This document shows positions 55,159 through 64,000 of a stretch of DNA of 64,000 nt, piece after piece; the first letter of the stretch is position 1, and every line of letters starts with the position of its first letter. Location: assembly GCA_028534125.1 (NCBI GenBank), contig CM052826.1, forward strand, positions 22,258,001-22,322,000. Reading direction: 5' to 3'. Below the pieces are notes generated by a model. It was not told the DNA's origin and did not search any database. It saw only the letters and a program-made list of their open reading frames with translations. A program made the position numbers and the translations under genes. Origin of the DNA: Lama glama (lineage: Eukaryota).

Positions 55159-58100
55159 GTGAGTACTTGGTCCTCCCTTCCCTCTGTTGCCATCTTCTTG
55201 GGGTCCATCGCCCCAGCTGCCTGCCCGTCCAGTTCGGAGCCCCTGCAAACCTTAATCTCTCCGCTGTGCCAGATAGGCTCCGTCTCTCTCCTTGATACTC
55301 AGAACTTTACCAGGATTGAAGGACTCTAGCAAGGATCCCCAGAGGGGGCCCCTAGAATAACATTCACACCACAATCTGCAGGTAAGTCTTGTGTGACCCG
55401 GCCCCACTGGCATCTCGTGTCTCCACCATCCCCTGCATTCCCTCTCTTTCTGGGGTCCAGTTGCTGACTTCTCTCTCTTTTCTTTTTTCCCTCAACACAT
55501 CAAACCTGATCCCACCCCGGGGCCTTTGCACGTGCTGTCCCCTCTGCCCAGAACACTCTTGCCCAGATCTCCTCTTTCTAGCTTCAGCTGCAATGGCATC
55601 CCAAATGCCAGGAACTTGACACAAATTCACCCCTCTGGGGAGTCTCACAGGCGCTCCTGACTTCTCTTGGCTGAAAACAAACTCTTTCTTTCCCCCAGCC
55701 CTGCCTCTCCCTCGGTGTCCTTCATCTTGGAACAAAGCCATTGCTGTTCACGTAGTCCCTCGGGCTAAAACCTTGGAAACCTGCCACCATCCCTCTCTCC
55801 CAATTCAGTTCTTCTTGTAGTTCTTCCAGGGGCAACCTTCAAAATCTGTTCAGACTCTGATCTCTTGTTTGAGGGTCTGGCCCCAACTACTGCTCTCCTG
55901 GACCCTCATTTCCCAGCAGCCCCGATATCCTCAACGGCATATCTGTTCTTACCACAGCAGTCAACTTAAATTGGACCCCATTTCCTCCCTGCTCCGCTGG
56001 TTTCCCGTCACTCGTATATTAAAAAGTAAACTGCTCCTGTTTCCCCGCCCCCACCTCCCTACCTCTGCAGCACCCGACCCCTATGGCCGGCAAGCCTCTT
56101 ATAAGCCATTCCTTGCCAACTTCTCTGATCCCATTTCCTTCCTCTCTCCCCCTGGCTCACTCTGTTCCAGCCACAGGGGCTCCCTCCCTGTTCCTCCAAC
56201 TCACCAGGCACAGTCCAGCCTCAGGACTTTTGCACAGGCCATTCCCTCTGTCTGGAGTGCTTCTTCCTCCATATCTTCCTTCCTTCCCATAACTGCCTAC
56301 TTCTTACCATTCAGATCCTTGCTTAAACGTCGCCTCCTGGGAGAGGCCTTCCCTGACCACTGTCACTCAGTAGACCCTCCTACCTCATCCTTATCCTCTG
56401 CTGCTCCTCACCATTCCTTTCTTCCATCATGATTCTCACTTCACGACTTCCTGTGCCTCTCTCTCCCCCTAGACTGTCAGCTCCATGAGGGTAGGGATTT
56501 TTGTCTATCTCAGTCACCTCTGTGTCTGAGTCCACAGTATCCAGAACAGGGTCTGGCACACATGAGGTGATATCTACGTGGCTGAGAGCTGGACACGTTA
56601 TAGAGGCCACCGTGAAATCTCACAAGTGCCGAGAGACTTAGACCCATTCCACCGATGAGGCCACTGAGCTTCAGCAAGCAACGACCTTGCAAAGATCACA
56701 CAGGTGGCAAGCTTTCAGACTGGTCGTGCCCCATCCCTGTGGCCCAGCTAGCAGAGCAAGTCTCACACTCACACACGTACTGAAAAAGGGCTCACTCACC
56801 TCTTCTGTTCCCCAGCCCTGCAAGGAGCCACCGGCCTGAGTGTGCAGCAGGCACCCAAGGTGCTGCAGGTGAGTCAGGACAGCCGAGTGACCTTGGCCTG
56901 CCAGGTGGTACAGGCCCCGGCCTGGGAGCGGCTCCATATCGAGTGGACCAAGGACGGAGACACTCTGTGCCAGACACACATCACCAACAGCAGTCTCAGT
57001 GTGGGGGTGTGTGGGCCCTGGGGACGGCTCTCCTGGTGGCCACCTGGCCACCTCACCCTGCAGCTGGACCGTGTAGGCCTCAATGACAGCGGGTCCTACG
57101 TGTGCTGGGTGACCATGGAGATCCCCGAGTTGGAGGAGGCCCAGGGCAACGGGACGCAGCTCCTAGTGGAGGAAGCAGGTATGAGAGCGAGGGGGGGCAA
57201 GCCCGGGGCTTGGAACTCCTAGAATCTTAAGACTCTAGACTCTCAGACTCCTAGAAACACAAATTCTCCCAATCAGATTCTTAGGAACAGAGAGTCTACA
57301 AATGCAAGAACATCAAATTCTGGGTGACAGTACCAAAGACACACTGGAACCTACAATTCCAGTCTAGGGCTTGGCAATTTCCTTTGTAAAGGGCCACCTG
57401 GTAAATATTTTTTGTTTTGTACACCAGATAGTCTCTGTCGTAACTACTCCACTCTGCCCTCGTAGCATGCAATTCACCATAGATGTACATGTAAGAATGG
57501 GCAGGCCTGGGTTCCAATAAAACTTTATTTAAACAAAAAGGCAGTGGGCCAAATTCGACCCACAGGATGTAGTTTGCTGAGCCCTGTTCCAGGATATCAC
57601 ACTCATAAAGACTCTTGAATATATATAATTCTGGATTTTGAGTCAAAACAATCCCATAAAACGTGTTATTCAAGTATATCCTACACACAGAGAAATGTAC
57701 ATGCCAGACGCAGCCAGCTCAATGGACGTCTTAGTTCAGCTGCTGCTATAAAAAAATACTACAGGTTGGGTGGCTTATAAACAACAGATTTATTTCTCAT
57801 AATTCTGGAGGTTGGAAACCTGAGATCAAAGCAGCGGGGTCGTGTGGTGGTGAGAACCCTCTTCCTGGTTCATCGCCTGCACCCTCTCGCCGTGTCCTCA
57901 TGTGGCGGAAGGGGTGGAGGTGCTTCCTGGGGTCTTTTTTTATATAAGAGCTCTGACCCCATTCATGAAGGCTCTACCCTCATTCTCTAATCACGGCCCA
58001 AAAGCCCCAACCTCCAAATACCATCATATTGGGGGTTAGGATTCAACCTGTGAATTTTGGAGGCACGTATGCAAACCATAGCAATGTATTCTCCCAACCT

Positions 58101-61096
58101 GAGCACACCCAGGTACCCATCACCCTGCTCAAGAAACATATCTGCCCCCCCAGATCCATCCTCATGCCCCTCTCACACCATCCCGACTTCTAACAGCGTA
58201 AATCTATTTTGACTGCTTTCATATTTTATTTAACAACCTAGAACTTGTCTTTTGGTCAACTTATGGGCACATTTCTATTGTGCCTAGGACAATTCCAGAA
58301 TCTTAAACTACAAATAGAATCTCTCAGTTCTAGAATGCTAGGGACATGAATTCCAGGCCCCCAGAATTACAGCATATGTTCTCAATGGGGACTACCACTC
58401 TTAAGGAGGCAAAAATTGGTTTTGGGGGAGCAAAGAAAATCTTACTTTTTTTATACATAAAGCACAGACATGCAGATAAACAGATTTCAGTATATCTGTG
58501 ATATTAAAATTTCATGGGGGAACAAATTAAGAGTCTTAAAAAGTCTCCTTAGTGGGGGTGATAATGAAAAAAGGTTGAGAAACACTGAAATAAAGGAATG
58601 GATGATTCTAGAATCTTAGAATTGTAGTATCGTAAGTACTTTGAATAGACAGGCGCTTAGAGAATTTTGCAGTCTCAGAGTGTGTAAGAGGAAAGAATTC
58701 TAGAATTCCAGAATCGAGACTCGACAGCCATTGACTCTCAAGGCTGGCAGAAACTTTCCGGATCAGCTAAACCACCTGCAGCTGCCTTGGTTTACAGAGG
58801 ATGAAGCCACACACACAAGCCAGGGGTGCTGCCAGCTTTCCTGGGAGCCCCAGCCACACATTTCTCCGACTCCCTGACACCCCCTCATGGGCTAAACCCT
58901 AAATGAGGCGGGAGACCCAAGCTGACCCAGATAGGGTCCTGCTTTCTCAGAGGTTCTGGAGGGCCTTGTGTCCATGCCCAGCCCCTATCAGGCAGAACGG
59001 AGAACTGCCCGCAGGCTCCCACCTCCGAAGTCCCTGTCTCTCCAGCTGGCAGGACCCACCCACTGCCTGCCTCCAAGGCGGTGTGTTATGGCTGTCCTGC
59101 CTGCCCCCCATCCCTCCAAGTGACGAAGGGGCCAATTACCAATTAGCAGAGGCGGGGTGGCAGAGGCACCAGGTTGTGAATTGTTGGCAGCTGTGAGGGA
59201 GTGGGAGCGGGCGGGCACGGGTCCAGCTCCACACAGCTGGCTTCCTCACCCCTGAACAGCTGCTTGGCAGCCCCCCGACCCCGGGACCACTGCCAGCTTT
59301 AGAATCTGCAGAATGAAGGGGCTGGGGGCACCTGGACTCATTCCAGTCACAGAAGAAGGAGCCTCTGGCTGGGATTCATGTCAATTATAATTATAATTTA
59401 AAATATAAAAGCACATGCCCATTCTGCTATTCACTTGCTGTGTGACCTTGGGCAAGTAACTTGACCCCTCTGTGCCTGTTTCCTTAGTTATCAAAATACA
59501 GCTTATAGTGCTTTCCTCATCAGAGTAGTTGAATTTAAAGGAAGCATACCGGAAGAGTTTATTACAGGGTCTGGGACATAGTAAGTCCTCAATAAACAGA
59601 AGTGGTTATTATTGTGTCTGTGGTGCTGATTATTCAGCAAGACTCAAATGTTCAGGCCAGTGTAAGTTTTTGTTTGTTTGTTTTCTGAAACAGTGAAAGT
59701 GGTGGGGGAGCTGAGGGGAGCAATGCCTTTGCTCAAAGCAGGGTGTGCGACCCCAGGCAAGTGACTCAGGCTCTCTGAGGCTCAAAAAACAGGAGCCATG
59801 AGGATGATGGGTCCCATGACCAGGAGGATGGAGCTCATGGTGGGGTTGATGAAGTTCATGGTGAGGACGATGGGACTCATGGGGGGGATGATAAGGTTTG
59901 TGATGGGAGTGGTGTAGACTATTATGGGAGCAATGGGGCTCACGATGAAAAAGTCCTGTTGGCAGTTATTTCACAATAACTCAGCAAAACAGTAATGATT
60001 AGTCTCATTTTTCAGAAGAGGAAACAGGTTCACAGCAAATACTTCCCTAAACTCACACAGCACGGCAGGGGCAGGAACCCTGAGGTCCCATAAGGGGTAG
60101 AGGGACTCTTACCCTGAAGGGGTGCAGGAAGCTGGACTCAAAGGTGAGCACCCCTGAGACGTAGGTTTCTTCTCTGCAGACGGCTCGCCGCTGAACCTGG
60201 ACCAGAGCTTCTCAGGTGAGCTCCGCCCACGTGTCCCTCCTCTAGCCCCGCCCCCCGTCGGACCACCCACAACCTTCCCTCCCCTCCAAGGGCTCTTCCT
60301 CGCGCTGCTGGTGACGGGGGCTGTGGCTGTGGCCGCTTTCGCTCTGGGCGCCTGGATCTGGGGCCGCCGCCGCCGCCGCCGGCACACGGACGCAGGTAGG
60401 GAGCCGCGCAGGCAGCGTCGCGGAGGGCAGACGGTTCCCACGGGCGCTGACATCCCCTGGCGACTCCGCCCCCGGGTGGCGGAGGCGGGAACTGCAGCTG
60501 CGAGAGGATAGACTACATCCCTGTCTGGCTTCCATACCTGCCCCTTTTGGAAGTGGGGAGGGTGGGGCTGGAGGGGCAGAGAAGAGGAATAGATGGAGAA
60601 GCCTGGTCCCTACACCCATGTTTTTCAGAAGTATAGACAAAGCCCCCAGAAGTGAGCTGGAGCGGGCCAGGCTCTCTTAAGTGACTGTCCCCTCTTGGTG
60701 TCATACCCTCCGCTTTCCAATGCAGGGAATCCAGTCTACAGCAACGTCCTATACCGGCCCCGGAAGACCCCCCAAAAGAGTGAGGCATGGTCTGTGGAGG
60801 GGAAGGTGCTGGACATCCCCAGGGAGGATGAGAATAGCCAAAGCTTCTATCTGATCTCTTTTCCCCAGCCCCCCACCCCCAAGCGGCATCTAGCTCCCAA
60901 ATCCTGCCCCAGGCCCAGGCCCAGTCCCCCCATCTCTACAGTCAGAGTCTCTCCTGGCCCAGGCTCCTCTGGGCAGCCAAGGCCAAGAGCATTCCCGGGA
61001 GTGGGAAGGGGAATCAGAACCCCTAGACCCAGAGAGGATCCCCCAGCAGCTGTGACTGATTCCAAGGGGATCAGGGAGTCCAGTAGCCCAGCCTGA
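55113..61096 (+). CDS. TMIGD2: Transmembrane and immunoglobulin domain-containing protein 2 (CD28H/IGPR-1), 5 exons, 306 aa
   Basis: join(55113-55158,56816-57178,60180-60215,60291-60395,60726-61096) = 921 nt, open. Signal peptide [14 protein letters not shown]; IgV domain (LAC..W..DSGSYVC); TM; cytoplasmic YSNVLYRPR and Pro-rich tail. Confidence 0.95.
55400..56580. mobile_element. LINE-2 remnants in TMIGD2 intron 1
   Basis: 'tagactgtcagctccatgagggtaggga' and 'gggagaggccttccctgaccac'; approximate. Confidence 0.6.
56816..57178 (+). CDS. TMIGD2: TMIGD2 exon 2 (IgV)
   Basis: [30 protein letters not shown]...[31 protein letters not shown]. Confidence 0.95.
57365..57586. mobile_element. MER58-like hAT-Charlie MITE
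   Basis: 'agggcttggcaa...tgtaaagggcca...ttccaataaaactttattt...tagtttgctgagccctg'. Confidence 0.75.
57728..58085 (-). mobile_element. MLT1A-like MaLR solo LTR
   Basis: 'gtcttagttcagctgctgctataa...gggtggcttataaacaacagatttatttctcataattctggagg...aaaccatagca'. Confidence 0.75.
58370..58587. mobile_element. hAT-Charlie MITE (MER112-like)
   Basis: Inverted termini 'cag...ttctcaa' / 'ttgagaaacactg'. Confidence 0.6.
60180..60215 (+). CDS. TMIGD2: TMIGD2 exon 3 (stalk)
   Basis: tctctgcag|AC GGC...TCA G|gtgag; [11 protein letters not shown]; phase 1-1. Confidence 0.82.
60291..60395 (+). CDS. TMIGD2: TMIGD2 exon 4 (transmembrane)
   Basis: [34 protein letters not shown]. Confidence 0.9.
60726..61096 (+). 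CDS. TMIGD2: TMIGD2 exon 5 (cytoplasmic tail, stop)
   Basis: [19 protein letters not shown]...[11 protein letters not shown]...SSSPA*; AATAAA at 61152-61157. Confidence 0.92.
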
Positions 61097-62136
61097 GACC
61101 CCCATCCTTATCTCTGTGAGGCTGGACCTCTCCCTTGCCCCCAGAACACCAAATAAAAGCTTGTAAAGAAAGCAAAGCCAGGATTTGTGGCAATTTGGGA
61201 ATGCTGAAGAGATCAGTCATCTGGGGGGGGGCCTCAGAGGACCACTGTGGTGAGGGCTCTTTGACGACTCACCAGCTTCCTTCCTCTTATCCTTGGAGGG
61301 ACATGTCCAATTAGCAGAGAAGTGATGTCCCTAGTCTCTGAATAGTGCCCTTAGCTGAAAGCTCTCCCCCTCCCCAACTGGTATCTCCCCACAGGCAGGC
61401 TTCGAGTCCGGTGCGGTGGGGGGGGTGAAGGGAGAGGGGGCAGTGAGTGGGGAGATTGGGGCTTCCTGGCATTTATCGGTCCCGGGTCCCTGTCCGACTG
61501 TCACCTTGAAGTGACACCAGCTGGGCTGGCTCCCTTCCCCCCTTCTGCTGTTTCCATGGGGACAGATGTCCTTTCTGCAGCTGCATCAGCCGGTGGCCAC
61601 CCACAGGGATGGGGAGGAGGAGCGGGGTGGGGGTGGGGTTGGCCAGAGAGCCTTGGCCCCTTGGTGTCTCCATCTTTTTTGTCTGTAGGTCTCTGCTCTC
61701 TCCGGGTTTTTATCTGCCTCCATATCTCTCTCTCCCTGCCTGTCTCCAGCTCTCCGAGTTTTGGTCCCTCCCTGTGAGCCATTCAGGCACCAACCCCAGC
61801 TCCGTACCCCAAAACCAGGGGCTGGGGGTGCTCTTCCCCCTCCAAGGGTCTGTCTCCCCTCCTCCTTCCGAGGGGCTGAGATCCCCATCTCCCAGAAAGG
61901 ACACCTGAAACATACAATAACTTATTTATTTTCCAGGCCAGAGGAGGGTTTCCAGACACCATTCTGGGCCATAGAACCCAGAAGGGGGCCGAGCAGGGCG
62001 ACTCTGATGAGGACCCAGGGCCTGAGGGACAGGGAGTGTCTCCATCTAGCCTCCTCCAGGGCTGGAAAGACCTCCAACGTTTGCAGCCAGTGTTTCTGGG
62101 TCCTTGCAGCCCAAGGCGGGAGGCTGAGGCTCCCGG

Positions 62137-62323
62137 TCAGGGGGTCTGTGAGACCACTGGGTACAGCAGGGCCAGATGCTCAGCGCCCTGCACGGGCAGC
62201 GGGCGGGAGCTATAATGGAGCACCAGTTCGGGCACGCTGGCGAAGGGGCCACTGTGCTGACCCAGCACCAACTGGTTCTCTCGGGTCCGTGCGAACTTCA
62301 GATGCAGGAAGCCCTGGCTGCTC
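62137..62323 (-). CDS. SHD: SHD last exon (SH2, C-terminal half, stop)
   Basis: [61 protein letters not shown]. Confidence 0.95.
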
Positions 62324-63546
62324 CTGGAGGAGAGGGGTCAGAGGAGGCACCCACACTCTCCAACCCTCAAGTCACCACCTCGTGGAGCCCAGGAGCTCTG
62401 GGCTGGCATTCCAAAATACTTCTGGTTAACAGCCACTTGACGTCAAGCTGCCGGCTAGTTCCCCACTGCAGGGAACCCTTCCAAGCTTGTCCCCAAACAA
62501 GGCAGGCTGGAGCTCCTACGAGGTGGAGGTCCCTCCCCGGGAACACGGAAGGCACTTTCTCTCCAAACCTCCTGACTCCTTTTGCTACCTGTCGTGGGCT
62601 CCTCGCTAGTTACCCTCAGTCTAGGGTCCCTTTCCTTTCTCTCCATCTCTGGTGGGGGGAATGAGAGAGAATCTGGAAATTATTTTATCATCATTATTAA
62701 TATGAATTAAGCACTTCCTGTTTCCTAGGCATTATTCTTAATGCTTTGTCACGTTTTTGTTTTGTTTCATTTTCCCATGTAATCATCACAGTATTATAAA
62801 GACGTCGATGCTATTATTATGCTCATTTTACAGCTGAGGAAACCGAGGCCCAGAGAGGTTGAATGACTTAGCCGAGGTCACACAGCTACAAAGTGGCAGA
62901 GGCAGGATATGGACCTGGTTCCAAACCCTCTTCAACCCTGACCTTCTAGGAATCTCACACTCAGATGTCTGGTAGACTCTTAGGAGGGTTTTATAATCAG
63001 ACAGTTAGAATCTTAGGCAGAGAAGCACGTAGAACTGAAGTCTCAGACTGAGATTTCTACACTCTGAGATTCTGGCCCTGGACGCATACAAATGGATGTA
63101 CTTCAACTTCTGGGCTGGAGGGGGATCCGAAGGGACTCCCTAGTTCCCCACCTCACTCAAGTCCTAGATCTACTGAATGGCCTCTTATCTGTCTTCCTAC
63201 ATACCTCTAGTGACAGTAAGCTCATTCTCAGTGGAAACCACACTGGTGCCTGCCTCCTCAGAAGTCCCACCACTGGCCTGAAAACTCCATCCATGAGCCC
63301 TGAAAGTCCCGCCCACTGGCTGTAGGAGCCACACCTCTCTGCTCCCACTGAATTCAACTGAAAGCATGATAGTCAAAAGCATGCAGTCCTGTGACCCTCT
63401 ATCCCTTCAGGGGGCTGGGGTCTCACCTGAGGGACAGGGAGCAGTCTTGGGGGCTGGTCTCGCTGAGCCGCACGAGGTAGCTGCCTTCCTTGCAGAGCGA
63501 CAGGAGGTTCTCCGCATCTGCCCGGCTCAGCGGGCCGTGAAACCAC
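62137..63546 (-). CDS. SHD: SH2 domain-containing adapter protein D, last two exons; 5' part lies beyond the window
   Basis: complement join(63427-63546,62137-62323); AATAAA on the minus strand at 61925-61930. Confidence 0.95.
63427..63546 (-). CDS. SHD: SHD penultimate exon (SH2, N-terminal half)
   Basis: [39 protein letters not shown]. Confidence 0.95.
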
Positions 63547-64000
63547 CTAGCGGGTGGAGATGGATGTCTCCTGAAGGGCGATCCCCCTTCCAACACACCC
63601 TGAGGCTGAGTGCAGGTACAGCTCATTCAAGGACTTGTGACGTCCAGGCAAACAAGTGAGAAAAATTCCCTTGGATTTCTCAAGAGGAGCCTAGTTTTCA
63701 GGCAGACAAGGTTTTCCTCTGGGAGGCAGCTGAGCCGAGGTCAATCTGGAGCTGCTCCTTTCAATTAAACACGTACGCCTGACCTTGATCTTTAATCTCC
63801 CTCAGCTGGGTCCCCAAGTGTTCTCAACCCCTCCCTAATCCCTCAGCTCCAATCACTTGCATAACACTTTCATGAGATTCGCCACAACCTGTATCCCCAC
63901 CCACCGGTACCATTGTTTAATTTTTTTTTTAATGCGCTGAAAGAGAGGATAGCAGTGCCAGCAAGGTGTCAAAGATAGATAAGCACCAGTTGTTTGTATT

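Noticed and set aside
61761-62664. Overlapping 222-aa and 162-aa plus-strand ORFs
   Set aside because: Antisense shadows of the SHD last exon and UTR.
57210-63070. Scattered TAGAATC/CTAGAA motifs (about 57210-57300, 58290-58340, 58600-58720, 62940-63070)
   Set aside because: Look like decayed tails of ancient SINE/LINE elements, with no regular spacing or unique spacers; not an array.

Overview
Mammalian, GC-rich, gene-dense window syntenic with human 19p13.3. tRNA-derived Vic-1-like SINEs suggest a camelid (inference). Six intron-containing genes lie in strictly alternating orientation: SH3GL1 (+, exons 2-10; bases 1-15217 are intron 1), MPND (-, 13 coding exons, 492 aa), STAP2 (+, 13 exons, 415 aa), FSD1 (-, 12 of 13 coding exons visible, the missing one probably in an N gap), TMIGD2 (+, 5 exons, 306 aa) and SHD (-, last two exons). 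All exon junctions were read by eye as GT-AG with consistent phases. Comparisons to human orthologs are from memory, not from a search. No unknown multi-gene system was found. Best leads: (1) MPND has Gln where JAMM deubiquitinases have the catalytic Glu, while its zinc ligands and RAMA domain are intact, so it may be a lineage-specific pseudo-DUB; (2) STAP2 lacks its STAT3-docking YxxQ motif and has a C-terminal extension; (3) an exact duplication of the FSD1 exon-6 splice acceptor; (4) a stop-free in-frame 75-nt TMIGD2 intron that would add a Pro-rich stalk if retained; (5) an L1 fragment and a solo LTR inserted at the same point in a Tigger element; (6) an internally triplicated MER53-like palindrome.
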